Counted from the stretch's first letter, positions 10,402 to 20,375 are shown. The stretch: 64,000 nucleotides of DNA from Deinococcales bacterium (GCA_025359505.1 JANYHH010000028.1:32-64031), one strand, 5' to 3'. Numbers and translations: made by a program. Notes: generated by a model not told the origin, from the letters alone.

Positions 10402-10579
10402 GTGATATCATCTGGGTAAGCATTGCGCTCTGCCGCAAGTCAATAGGCAGCCTCTCGAGTGCAAAAAATTTCTTCCATCCATGTCCACTCTTCACGCCAC
10501 ACCGCTCCTCTTTCGCCCCTCGAGCCAAGCGCTTTGAGTGCAGCGCGAAAACGAAACCACGTCCTGATTAGGAGTCGCC

Positions 10580-13500
10580 ATTACCACTGAACGCACGTCT
10601 GGCACACGCCACAAGCGTACCGTCGCTGTCATAGCAATTCAACCAGCCGTCACGGTCAGCCCTGAAACCGCGCCGCTGAGCAAAGCTCGAGGTCGCCCGC
10701 GCAAAGCGGCCGCGCCCGAAGTGCTCGAGACCGAAATAATCGAAACTGCGCCGCTCGAACTAGTACCGCTCGAGACTGCATCTAGCGAGACCTCGCCCGT
10801 CAAACGCGCCGCTCGAGGGCGCAAAGTGGCGACCCTTGAAGCTGAGCCAATCCAAATCGCGCCTGTTCAACTTGAACTCATCCCACTCGAACCGGCCCGG
10901 CTCGAGCCAGTCGCCAAACCGCGCAAGTCTCGAGCCAAAAAAGCCGATGTCGCCGCTGAACTGGTCACGCTCGAGGGGATCAATACAGCACAAGCCGAAG
11001 TCAGCCCACCAGCACCCGAAGCCAGCGAAGCGGTGGTCGCTCCGCGCACGCGCCGCAGAAAAATCGTCGTTTCAGCAACGCCAGAGTCAGACCCGCCGCA
11101 ACCAGCCGAGACCGTCACCGCCGCAACGCCAGAGCCGACCGCGCCCAAAGCCCGCGCTCGAGGGCGCAAAGCGGTCATCGCGCCAGATCCATCAGCCAGC
11201 GAACCCATTGGAGTTCAGCGCAATAATCCTGACTCAAGCGATCCTGAGCCGAGCAACCTCGAGCCGACTGATTCCGAACCGCAGGAACTCGAGTCAAGTG
11301 AATTCCAGCCCGCGTCGACCCAGCCGCTCAAGCACCTCGTTCGCAGCCGCAAGACCGCCCGCGAGCACGTCTTTGAAACCCAAGCCAAACTCGCCAATCC
11401 CTTGGAGGCGCTCTTAGAACACCTGCGCGTCAACCCCGGCGGACGAGCGCTGCGCGACCTCGAGAAAGACGTGGACGACGCGCTGCTGCGCCGCCTTGGG
11501 GGGCGCAAGGGTTTGGAGGACGCGCTCGAGGAGCTGTGTAAGCTCGGCGCGGTTTTGCAGCTCAAGCGCCACACCTACGCCGCCAGCCGCGACCCGAACG
11601 CGGTCGTCGGGCGTTTAACCGTGCGTCCAGACGGCTGGGGCGTGTTGCAACCCGACACGACTGGATTGCGCGAGATGCTGATTCCGCCGGGCGGACTGCT
11701 GTTCGCGTGGCACGGCGACCGCGTAGTCGGGCGCGAAAGCAAGAAGAACGGCGAGTTGTACGGCGCGGTGATCCGCGTCGTCGAGCGTAAGCGGGGCGTG
11801 CTGGTCGGTGTGACCGAGTTCATCAGGGGCGTGTTGACGCTGCGCCCAGACGAGGCCCTGCTGCCCCGCGTGCCTTTACAACACACAGCAGCGCTGCTGC
11901 CCACCGAGGGCGTTTGGGAGGGTGCTCGAGTCGCGGTGCTGGCGCATTACCCGGAAAGCACAGGCGAGGACGATGTGTACGGCACGGTGCAAACCGTGTT
12001 GGGAAGCAGCAATTCGCTCGAGGCTGAGCGGCTGGCCGCCCGCATCAAATACGACCTCGAGCCGCTTCTGAGCGCAGACGCGTTGAAAGAAGCGCAAAAA
12101 GTCGCTGGCGTCAGCCTCAAGGATTTGCAGGGCAGAGTCGACCTGCGCGGTAAACGCGTGACGGCGGCGCGGATCTATGCGGACGCCCCCTTGGAAGTCG
12201 GCGTGCAAGCTGAACCGCTGGGCAACGGCAACGTGCTGATCGGCATTCACGTCGCGGACGCGGCGTACTTCGTTGAATCTGGTAAAGCGCTCGATGCGGC
12301 GTCAGCGGCTCGAGGGATCGGTTTGAATCTGGGTGGCGAGCGCGTGTCACTGCTGCCTGAGGCGCTGGAGCGAGCGATCGAATTTAAAATCGGTGCGGAT
12401 CGCTTGGCGATTTCCGTACTGGTCGAGGCGACGCCGGACGGCAACGTCGTCAATTACATCGTGCGGCAAAGCGTCATCAACACCAAAGCGACCCTGAGCG
12501 ACGGTCTGGCGGCGGCAGAACGCAAGCTGCTCGAGCGGCTAACGCACGGATTGCGCGAAGCGCGGGGTGAGATGAGCGCCGCGACCAGCGAAGATCACGG
12601 CGCGATGCTCGAGGAACTGCTGCTGCTGGGCAATCGTTTGACGGCCACGTTGATGGCCGGCATCGAAGCGCCAGCCTTGTACCGCCGCGCCCCGCGACTC
12701 GGCGGCGATGTCGAGGCGGCACTGGAGCGCTCCAACGGCGCGTCTCCAGCGATGCTGCAAGGCTTATTCGACGCGCACACCAAACATGGTGTGTTACTGA
12801 TGGGCGTCACCCCAGAACCGGATTTCACCTTAGAGATCACGCGGGGCTTGTCGCGCCACGCCGATCTGGTCAATCAACGCGTGCTGACGTACTGCCTGAC
12901 CAAACTCTCCACGCGCCGCCGCGAGCTGTTGCTCGAGGGACTGCCTGTTCTGGCAGATAGTTTGAACAATTTGGAAAAACGCGCTCGGCTCGCGCAAGTG
13001 AGCGTTCAGCAGTTCCAGTTGTCGCTGCAAATCGCCCCCTTGAGTGCCTGCCGAGGGATCGTCACGGGCATCGACCCGTGGGGCATGGACTTCGCGCTCG
13101 AGAACGGAAGTCAGGCCCGCCTCGGCATCGGTGACATGGACGACGAGTACGTGTTCAGCGACGCCCCAAAAATGCTCAAAGCCCGCTCTGGGCGCGTGTT
13201 CAGGATCGGTAGCATCGCCCGCACGACCGTCACCAGCACCGTCAGCCAGCCCATTCAATTATCCATCGCCAAGACCAACCATCTGTCCATCGCCAAAAAC
13301 AACCATCCTTCCATCGCCAAGACCAACCCCAAGGAGCACATCATGAGTAAGCAAAAACGCGCCGTAGGCGCAAAAAACACATCCGACACCCCGCGCCGCC
13401 AAGTTGTCGTACTGCACGCCAAACCGCGCGGCGAGTACCAGCGCGGCGTGCGCGTCACCGCCCGCAAACTGTATTTCGGCGAGTGGAGCCGCGCCGCTTT

Positions 13501-13981
13501 TGTGGCCAGCGACGAGTTCGGCGGCGAGATCGCGCTCGAGCGGCCGCAGGGGCAGAGCAGCCGCCCACAGGGGCAGTCGAACCAGCCGTCTCGAGGAGGC
13601 GGTGGCGGTCAGCGCTCCAACCAACCCGCCCGCAGTGGTCAGACCGCACAGAATCAGCCCCGCAACGCCCAGCAGGATCCGCAGTCCGATCAGGGCGTGA
13701 CGATCCGCCCGACCCAGACCGCAGCCCAGCGCGAGCAGGCCAAAGCCTCGAGAATCGCGGAGTTGAAGCGCCGCAGTGAGCAGACTTTGGAGCGCAATGC
13801 TGGCCGGGCCGTGCGCGGCCCGATGGAAGGCTCCTCGAGCAGCGCACCGATGCAAGGCTCCGCGAGCGACGCAGCCGCCGCCAGTTCAGACGCGACGCCG
13901 AACGCCCCTCGAGCCGAGGGCGCACCGCACCGCCGCCGTCGGCGCGGCGGGCGCGGCGGCAACAAAACGCCAGCCGCCTGA
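10580..13981 (+). CDS. RNase R/RNB-family protein with degenerate catalytic motifs and long disordered termini
   Basis: Cold-shock-like domains (AWHGDRV, GAVIRVVER), GRVDLR, IGIHVADAAYFV, DRLAISV, LEELLLLGN and an S1-like region. The frame is open from 10568 with AGGAG before ATT10580; the first GTG is at 10721. Confidence 0.75.
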   Translation: MTTERTSGTRHKRTVAVIAIQPAVTVSPETAPLSKARGRPRKAAAPEVLETEIIETAPLELVPLETASSETSPVKRAARGRKVATLEAEPIQIAPVQLELIPLEPARLEPVAKPRKSRAKKADVAAELVTLEGINTAQAEVSPPAPEASEAVVAPRTRRRKIVVSATPESDPPQPAETVTAATPEPTAPKARARGRKAVIAPDPSASEPIGVQRNNPDSSDPEPSNLEPTDSEPQELESSEFQPASTQPLKHLVRSRKTAREHVFETQAKLANPLEALLEHLRVNPGGRALRDLEKDVDDALLRRLGGRKGLEDALEELCKLGAVLQLKRHTYAASRDPNAVVGRLTVRPDGWGVLQPDTTGLREMLIPPGGLLFAWHGDRVVGRESKKNGELYGAVIRVVERKRGVLVGVTEFIRGVLTLRPDEALLPRVPLQHTAALLPTEGVWEGARVAVLAHYPESTGEDDVYGTVQTVLGSSNSLEAERLAARIKYDLEPLLSADALKEAQKVAGVSLKDLQGRVDLRGKRVTAARIYADAPLEVGVQAEPLGNGNVLIGIHVADAAYFVESGKALDAASAARGIGLNLGGERVSLLPEALERAIEFKIGADRLAISVLVEATPDGNVVNYIVRQSVINTKATLSDGLAAAERKLLERLTHGLREARGEMSAATSEDHGAMLEELLLLGNRLTATLMAGIEAPALYRRAPRLGGDVEAALERSNGASPAMLQGLFDAHTKHGVLLMGVTPEPDFTLEITRGLSRHADLVNQRVLTYCLTKLSTRRRELLLEGLPVLADSLNNLEKRARLAQVSVQQFQLSLQIAPLSACRGIVTGIDPWGMDFALENGSQARLGIGDMDDEYVFSDAPKMLKARSGRVFRIGSIARTTVTSTVSQPIQLSIAKTNHLSIAKNNHPSIAKTNPKEHIMSKQKRAVGAKNTSDTPRRQVVVLHAKPRGEYQRGVRVTARKLYFGEWSRAAFVASDEFGGEIALERPQGQSSRPQGQSNQPSRGGGGGQRSNQPARSGQTAQNQPRNAQQDPQSDQGVTIRPTQTAAQREQAKASRIAELKRRSEQTLERNAGRAVRGPMEGSSSSAPMQGSASDAAAASSDATPNAPRAEGAPHRRRRRGGRGGNKTPAA
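13262..13328 (+). repeat. 24-bp tandem repeat, about 2.8 copies, encoding SIAKTNHL-like units
   Basis: TCCATCGCCAAGACCAACCATCTG / TCCATCGCCAAAAACAACCATCCT / TCCATCGCCAAGACCAACC. Confidence 0.9.
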
Positions 13982-13999
13982 CCAGCCCTCCTCTTTTAG

Positions 14000-14035
14000 A
14001 GCGCCCCCTCGAGTCTCGAGGGGGCGCTGTTTTTT
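14000..14035 (+). terminator. Intrinsic terminator whose stem contains two CTCGAG sites
   Basis: AGCGCCCCCTCGAG-T-CTCGAGGGGGCGCT followed by GTTTTTT. Confidence 0.85.
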
Positions 14036-14129
14036 GTGCGGCGTAGATTGGTCGCAAATCCAGTGCAGCCAGCACAGAGTGTTCACGCGGTGGCTTGTTT
14101 GAATCACAAAGCCGTGATAGACCGTTTTT

Positions 14130-17057
14130 ATGGCGAATTACACGACTGGTCAGAAACTCGCAGGTTACACCGTTGGACGCGTGCTGCCGTACCCGCAGGT
14201 TTCTGGGGAGTACATTGAGCTGACCCACGACCACACTGGGGCGCGGCACGTTCACATCGCCTGCCCGGACGACAACAACGCCTTCGCCGTGACCTTCCCG
14301 ACGATCCCAGCCGATGACACGGGCGTCGCGCACATTCTGGAACACATCGTCTTGTGCGGCAGCGAAAAGTACCCGGTGCGCGACCCGTTTTTCAGCATGC
14401 TGCCGCGCAGCTTGAACACCTTCATGAACGCCCTGACCTCGAGCGCGTGGACGAGTTACCCGTTCAGTACACGCAACGAGAAGGATTTCTACAATCTGCT
14501 CGAGGTCTATTTGGATGCGACGTTCTTCCCGAAGATCGCCAAAGACGCGTATTTGCAAGAAGCGTGGCGTTTTGAGTTTGAGGACGGCACGGACGCCAGC
14601 ACGCCGCTCGAGTACAAAGGTGTGGTCTTCAACGAGATGAAGGGCGCGATGGCCAATGTCTCGTCGCAGATGTATCGCACGGTCTACAAGGGCATCTTCC
14701 CGGACATCACTTACGGCAATAACTCTGGTGGCGAGCCGAGCGCGATTCCAAATTTGACTTGGCAGCAACTCAAAGATTTCCACGCCACGCATTACCACCC
14801 GAGCAACGCGTATTTCTACACCTACGGCAGTTTTGACTTGGAGAAAACGCTGGCGATGATCCAAGCCAACGCGCTTTCGCGCTTTACGAAGCTCAATAAA
14901 GACTGGAGCGTGCCAGATCAACCGCGCTTCACCGTGCCGCGCCGCGTGGAACAGATTTACGGTATCGCACCGAGCGACCCAGTTGATAAAAAAGCCCAAG
15001 TCGCCGTGTCGTGGTTGACCGCGCCGATCACGGATTCGTTTGAATTGCTCGCCCTGCGAGTCCTCGAGCGGGTGCTGCTGGCCAACGCCGCTTCGCCCTT
15101 GCGAAAAGCGCTGATCGAATCGAACATCGGTTCTGCGCTGGCCGATACGACGGGCCTCAACGACGATCCACGAGAAGCCGTGTTCACGGCCGGACTCAAA
15201 GATGTCGACGTTTCCGACGCATCGGCCATCGAAAACTTGATTCTCGAGACGCTGCAAAAGCTGGTGACTGACGGCGTGGACAGCGAAATGGTCGGCGCAG
15301 CGATTCACCGCTTTGAAATCGACAACCGCGAGGTCAGCAACAGCGGCATGCCGTTCGCGTTCAAACCCGCCTTCGCAATGCTCGGCGCTTATCTCTACGG
15401 CGGCGATCCGTACAGCAGCTTGCAGTTTGATGCGGATATGGCCCGCTTGGAATCAGCGCGGGCAGACGGGCGCTTTTTTGAAAATCTGATCGAGCGGCAC
15501 TTACTCAGCAACCAGCACCGCGTGACGACGATTCTCAAACCAGACGCTGGGCTGATCGCGCAAAAAGAAGCCGATGAGCGCGTGCGGCTCGAGCAGATTA
15601 AACAGCACCTCGAGCCGGAGCGAATCGCGCAGATCTTAGCCGACGCGCAGATGCTGCAAACCGCGCAGGATGGCGTGCAGGATTTGACGGTCTTGCCGAC
15701 CCTCGAGTTGAGTGACGTGCCGATGAATTTTGACGACGTGCCGCACAGCATCGTAGCGCTGCATGGCGCGACGCTCGGGTTGTTCGCGCAGCCGACGAAC
15801 GGGCTGGCGTACCTCGATTTCAACACGGATTTCAGCGGACTACCGGAAAAGCTCAAAGACCTCCTGCCGATCTTCAACTTCGCCTTCACCAAAATGGGTG
15901 CGGGGGACAGCGATTACCTCGAGATGGCCGGGCGGATCGAGAAATACACCGGCGGGATCGGCGCGTCGGCCGGCACGCGCACCGCGCCGGATGACTTGGG
16001 GGAGTTCAGGCAGGGTTTTAGCTTGAGCACGAAGATGCTTTACCGCAACACCGACCACGCGTTTGAGATTCTGCGCGACTTTCTGACCAACCTGCACTTT
16101 GACTCGCAGCACCTGAAAAACCTCTTGGGCATGTACCGCACGTCATTGGAGGCTCGAGTGATCGGCGGCGGGCACGTCTACGCGCGGGGACTGGCCGAGA
16201 GCCAACTCAGTGGCGTAGGGGTGCTCAAAGAGCGCATGGGCGGCATTTCGCACGTGCGAAACGCCAAACGACTGGCTGCGCTGGACGAAGCCGGCTTGGA
16301 GGAATTGATCGCTGACCTGAACGCGATTGCCGCCCATCTCTTTCGCAGCGCGGGTTTAAGAATCTGCATCACCGCCGAGGACTCGAGGCTCAATGAGTTG
16401 CAATCCAAGTTAGGGACGCTGCTGGCAGCATTGCCGAGTCAAACCGCTGCGAGCACCGCGCCAGACTACGCACCCGCGCCGCGCCAAGCGCAGGCCCGCA
16501 CAGCAGCCGTGCCCGTCGCCTTCGACGCACTGGTGTTCAAAACCGTGCCGTACACCCACGCCGACGCGCCGATCTTGCTGGCCCTGAGCGAGTACCTCAG
16601 AGCACGGTATCTGCACAAGGAAATCCGCGAGAAAGGCGGCGCATACGGTGGTTTCGCCGCTTCTCAACGCGAGGAAGGCGTGTTTGCCTTGCTGTCCTAC
16701 CGCGACCCGCACATCAAACGCACCTTTGACGTGTACGCGGGCGTGCCCGCATTCCTCGAGCAGCCGATCGACCGGGATGCGCTGAAAGAAGCCGTGTTGT
16801 CCGCCTGCGCCGACGTTGACCCCTTGAGCAGCCCCGACACCAAAGGGCGCGGGCGCTTCTTCAACGATTTGGCTGGATACACCTTGGAGCGCCGCGCCGA
16901 GTTCAAGCGTCGCTTGCTGAACGTCACGGCCGATGACCTGCGCCGCGTCACCCAGACGTATTTGAAGAACGGCGCAATGGCTGTCATCTCCAGCGAGGAG
17001 AAAATCGCGGAAGCCAACGCGCAGATGGGCGGAATCTTCGCGGTTGAAGCAGTCTGA
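14130..17057 (+). CDS. Insulinase-family M16C (PreP-like) metallopeptidase
   Basis: GVAHILEHIVLCGSEKYPVRDPFF (HxxEH), KGVVFNEMKG, IREKGGAYG, SYRDP. Confidence 0.95.
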   Translation: MANYTTGQKLAGYTVGRVLPYPQVSGEYIELTHDHTGARHVHIACPDDNNAFAVTFPTIPADDTGVAHILEHIVLCGSEKYPVRDPFFSMLPRSLNTFMNALTSSAWTSYPFSTRNEKDFYNLLEVYLDATFFPKIAKDAYLQEAWRFEFEDGTDASTPLEYKGVVFNEMKGAMANVSSQMYRTVYKGIFPDITYGNNSGGEPSAIPNLTWQQLKDFHATHYHPSNAYFYTYGSFDLEKTLAMIQANALSRFTKLNKDWSVPDQPRFTVPRRVEQIYGIAPSDPVDKKAQVAVSWLTAPITDSFELLALRVLERVLLANAASPLRKALIESNIGSALADTTGLNDDPREAVFTAGLKDVDVSDASAIENLILETLQKLVTDGVDSEMVGAAIHRFEIDNREVSNSGMPFAFKPAFAMLGAYLYGGDPYSSLQFDADMARLESARADGRFFENLIERHLLSNQHRVTTILKPDAGLIAQKEADERVRLEQIKQHLEPERIAQILADAQMLQTAQDGVQDLTVLPTLELSDVPMNFDDVPHSIVALHGATLGLFAQPTNGLAYLDFNTDFSGLPEKLKDLLPIFNFAFTKMGAGDSDYLEMAGRIEKYTGGIGASAGTRTAPDDLGEFRQGFSLSTKMLYRNTDHAFEILRDFLTNLHFDSQHLKNLLGMYRTSLEARVIGGGHVYARGLAESQLSGVGVLKERMGGISHVRNAKRLAALDEAGLEELIADLNAIAAHLFRSAGLRICITAEDSRLNELQSKLGTLLAALPSQTAASTAPDYAPAPRQAQARTAAVPVAFDALVFKTVPYTHADAPILLALSEYLRARYLHKEIREKGGAYGGFAASQREEGVFALLSYRDPHIKRTFDVYAGVPAFLEQPIDRDALKEAVLSACADVDPLSSPDTKGRGRFFNDLAGYTLERRAEFKRRLLNVTADDLRRVTQTYLKNGAMAVISSEEKIAEANAQMGGIFAVEAV

Positions 17058-17127
17058 GGCCAGCGACTCGAGCGAGGTATCGACGATACTCGAGTCTGGA
17101 CTTCGTTGGAAACGTAGTTGACGGACT

Positions 17128-17484
17128 GTAGGGGAGCAACGTGTTGCATTGACTCCGACTTGATCTGAAACACGTGCTGTACAGCATCTGTGCGAATCTC
17201 GAGCGTCGCACAATCCTCTCCCCCAGCCCCTCTCCCGAACAGTGTTGATTTGCACGCATGGGCGTGACGGGAGAGGGGAGCAAAGCCAAACAAAACCAAG
17301 CATGTCCTGCTCGAGGTTTTCCCTCTCCCACCTCGTGCCTTGCACGCATGAGCGTGACCGGGAGAGGGTGGCGCTTTAGCGACGGGAGAGGATTGCGACG
17401 CTTGCACGACCTTGCGCGGTCAAACTGTTGTGTCTCACGGCATCAGTGATGAAGTCCGAGTGTATGAACGTGTTGCGCCCTTAC
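17128..17484. repeat. Cluster of nested REP-like inverted repeats
   Basis: GTAGGGGAGCAACGTGTTGC at 17128; two CCCTCTCCC...GGGAGAGGG hairpins (17227-17278, 17321-17368) inside a larger inverted repeat (~17202-17402); ACGTGTTGCGCCCTTAC at ~17468. Confidence 0.75.
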
Positions 17485-17550
17485 GAAATACCGCCTCCAC
17501 GAGATGCAACGCCCGACCGTCAAACTCACGGTTGACTCGAGCGGCCGTTC

Positions 17551-18522
17551 CTAGCGACGCACGTTGAGCAGCACTCCAACCAGCACCACGTACAGCACCA
17601 GTAACACCAACAGCAACCACGTTTGATTGCGGCGCGGCCCAGCCTCAGCGATGCCCTGCGGCATGGCTGGGTCGTAAACGAAGGTGTGCTTAGAATCCAT
17701 CGGCACTTCCTCGACCGCCGGGGCGGGATCGCGTCCCAGCAGCGGCAATGGATACTGCTTGCGGCGCGGTGTGGCGCGTTTGACCCTGACCAACACCACG
17801 GAAATGTTGTCCGGCCCGCCCGCTTCGTTGGCGGCATCGACCAGTTTCTGCGACAGCGACTCCAACGGGGTGCTGGCTTCAAGACGGATCAGCTCGAGCA
17901 TCTGCTGATCGGTCAGCATGTTGCTCAGTCCGTCCGAGCACAGCAGCAGCAGGTCGTTGTCCCTGAGGTCGATGCCGAACAAATCAAGCCGCAACTGCGG
18001 GCGGCTGCCGAGCGCGTTGGTGATGACATTGCGCCACTTGTGATCCCGTGCTTCGCTTTCAGTGATGAGGCCTTGGCGGACTTTTTCGGCGACCCACGAG
18101 TGATCGCGGGTCAGTTGCGTGATCGTGTCACCGCGCACCAAATACGCCCTCGAGTCGCCGACGTGCCCGATCACGGCCGCGTTGCCGTCGATCAGCACGG
18201 CCGTCATCGTCGTGCCCATGCCACGCGATTCGGCCCGGCGGGCGCTTTGCTGATACACCGCAAAGTTGCTGCGCTGCATCGCACGCGGCAGCGTCTCAGG
18301 CGGCGTGCCGGGCAATTCCTTCATGCCCAGCAGCAGCGCTTCGGTCGCCAGACTCGAGGCGATCTCGCCGGTGCGGTGTCCGCCCATGCCATCGGCGACC
18401 ATCACCAGCTCGCCGCTGGAGAGCGTCTGATGCGCCCAGTGATCCTCGTTCATCTCGCGCAGGCGACCACTGTCGGTCAGACCTGCAATTTCGACGAGGC
18501 TTGTGGCAGCGACCTGAGTCAT
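17551..18522 (-). CDS. PP2C/Stp1-family Ser/Thr phosphatase with C-terminal transmembrane helix
   Basis: GRLREMNED, VADGMGGH, GMGTT, HVGDSRAY, LLCSDGL, GGPDNIS. Confidence 0.93.
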   Translation of the reverse strand: MTQVAATSLVEIAGLTDSGRLREMNEDHWAHQTLSSGELVMVADGMGGHRTGEIASSLATEALLLGMKELPGTPPETLPRAMQRSNFAVYQQSARRAESRGMGTTMTAVLIDGNAAVIGHVGDSRAYLVRGDTITQLTRDHSWVAEKVRQGLITESEARDHKWRNVITNALGSRPQLRLDLFGIDLRDNDLLLLCSDGLSNMLTDQQMLELIRLEASTPLESLSQKLVDAANEAGGPDNISVVLVRVKRATPRRKQYPLPLLGRDPAPAVEEVPMDSKHTFVYDPAMPQGIAEAGPRRNQTWLLLVLLVLYVVLVGVLLNVRR

Positions 18523-18868
18523 TGGTACGTAGTATAACGCGACCCGCACTGGTTATCGGTGCTGATTTGCACGCTCCGCCCGCTTCAAGTCATCGCCTGA
18601 GACCTTGACGCGAAACGCCATGAGTCTGCCAGCTTTGATTCCCCCACCAGAGATCGGCTCGGAGGGATCAAAAGACTGTTTCTCACGGCAGCTCGAGCTG
18701 CTTTTATTGAGCGGTGACTTCGCAGTGTGGAACTGACAAATTTCTCAGCTCTCAAGACCTTTTGAAAAGGCGACCCGCCTCGAGATGCGGCTGGCTCAAT
18801 CTTTCCAAGCAGCACCCATGTCGTTTGGACTGCCTCGAGTTACGGATAGTCGCGGGTAGGCTCACGGT

Positions 18869-19579
18869 ATGGACTTCAAAAACACGGCGGCGCTCGTCAC
18901 GGGCGGCAGTAAAGGCATTGGGCTGGCCATTGCCGAGGCACTGGTCAAACGCGGCGCGGGTGTGGTCATCACGGCCCGCAACGCGGCTGAACTCGAGGCC
19001 GCGGCCACTGGGCTGAACGCTTTGGGTGGCGGCAAAGCCGTCGCGGTGGTCTCGGACGCCCGGGATTACGCGAGTTTAGAATCAGCGGTGCAGGCAGCCG
19101 TGACCCATTTCGGCGGTTTGGACGTGCTGATCGCCAATGCGGGCGTCGGGATTTTCAAACCCGTGCAGGACTTGAGCTTGGAAGACTGGGATGCGGTGAT
19201 CGACACCAATTTGACGGGCGTGTTTTACAGCGTCAAAGCCAGCGTGCCGGAGTTAGCCAAGCGCAAGGGGTACATCATTAATTTATCCAGTTTGGCGGGA
19301 AAGAACCCGTTCAAATTGGGCGCGGCCTACAACGCCAGCAAGTTCGGCTTGAACGGCTTCAGTGAAGCGATCATGCTGGATCTGCGCCCGCTGGGGATCA
19401 AGGTCAGCCAAGTCATGCCCGGCAGCGTCGCCACGTATTTTGGCGGTCACACACCTTCAGAAGCTGATGCGTGGAAAATCCAGCCCGAGGACATCGCGCA
19501 AATCGTGATCGACCTTTTAGAGATGCCCGCACGCACGCTGCCGAGCCGGGTCGAAGTGCGCCCCAGCCAACCGAAGTAA
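18869..19579 (+). CDS. SDR-family oxidoreductase
   Basis: TGGSKGIG, NAG, YNASK. Confidence 0.92.
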   Translation: MDFKNTAALVTGGSKGIGLAIAEALVKRGAGVVITARNAAELEAAATGLNALGGGKAVAVVSDARDYASLESAVQAAVTHFGGLDVLIANAGVGIFKPVQDLSLEDWDAVIDTNLTGVFYSVKASVPELAKRKGYIINLSSLAGKNPFKLGAAYNASKFGLNGFSEAIMLDLRPLGIKVSQVMPGSVATYFGGHTPSEADAWKIQPEDIAQIVIDLLEMPARTLPSRVEVRPSQPK

Positions 19580-19705
19580 ACCCGCTTTGGCTTGGTCTGC
19601 GTGGACTTTGCAACGCAGCAGCGCACGATCAAGCGCTCCGGGCAGTGCACCGATTTTCTGCGCGACGCGTCACGGCGCACCAACGCTCGAGCTGGCAGCG
19701 ACGAT

Positions 19706-20323
19706 CTAGGGCGCGAGTCTCGAGCGTTGCCAGACCCCCTCTTGCAAGCTGTACGCGATGCGGTCGTGCAGCCGCGCTTTCCTGCCCTGCCAGAACTCCA
19801 TGTACTCGGGCGCGACCACGTACCCGCCCCAGTGCGCTGGACGCGGCACGGCGACCGGGTACTCGAGCCGCAACGCCGTCACTCGAGCCTCGAGTTCAGT
19901 GCGGGTCACGACTTGGCTCTGCGGGCTGGCGGCACTGGCGAGTTGGCTTTCCAAAGGGCGACTGGCGAAGTACGCATCAGACTCATCGCTCGAGACTTTA
20001 GCGATGCTGCCCTCGATCCGCACCTGCCGCTCCAAAGCCCCCCACCAGAAGCTCAGGCACACCGCGCCCGTCGCATTGATCTGTGCACCTTTGCGCGACT
20101 CGTAATTGGTGTAAAACGTCAAACCAGCCTCACTCAGTCCGCGCAGCAGCACCACGCGGCTCGAGGGTTTGCCGTTTTGAGCGACGGTGGAAACCGTCAT
20201 CGCGTTCGGTTCAATCTGGTCGCGGGCATCGTTGAGCCAAACCGCGAGTTGTTCTCTTGGGTTCTCGAGCATCTGAGCTTCATCCAATGTGCCGTGCGTG
20301 TAATCCATGCGGTTCTCGAGCAT
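19706..20323 (-). CDS. pdxH: Pyridoxamine 5'-phosphate oxidase
   Basis: EPNAMTVST, SRVVLLR, FYTNYESRKG, RQVRIEG, EFWQGRKARLHDR. Confidence 0.96.
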   Translation of the reverse strand: MLENRMDYTHGTLDEAQMLENPREQLAVWLNDARDQIEPNAMTVSTVAQNGKPSSRVVLLRGLSEAGLTFYTNYESRKGAQINATGAVCLSFWWGALERQVRIEGSIAKVSSDESDAYFASRPLESQLASAASPQSQVVTRTELEARVTALRLEYPVAVPRPAHWGGYVVAPEYMEFWQGRKARLHDRIAYSLQEGVWQRSRLAP

Positions 20324-20336
20324 TCATCAATATTAG

Positions 20337-20370
20337 CTCGAGGTTTGGGTGACGGATTGCAGGCTCGAGG
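20337..20370 (+). repeat. Direct repeat R1 flanking the TA cassette
   Basis: CTCGAGGTTTGGGTGACGGATTGCAGGCTCGAGG; 30 of 35 positions match 21096-21130. Confidence 0.8.
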
Positions 20371-20375
20371 GCGTT

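Noticed and set aside
13455-15308. 617-aa minus-strand ORF, and similar long ORFs at 8915-10045, 29642-30904 and 50959-52242
   Set aside because: Antisense shadows of well-supported genes in GC-rich DNA, with no recognisable motifs.
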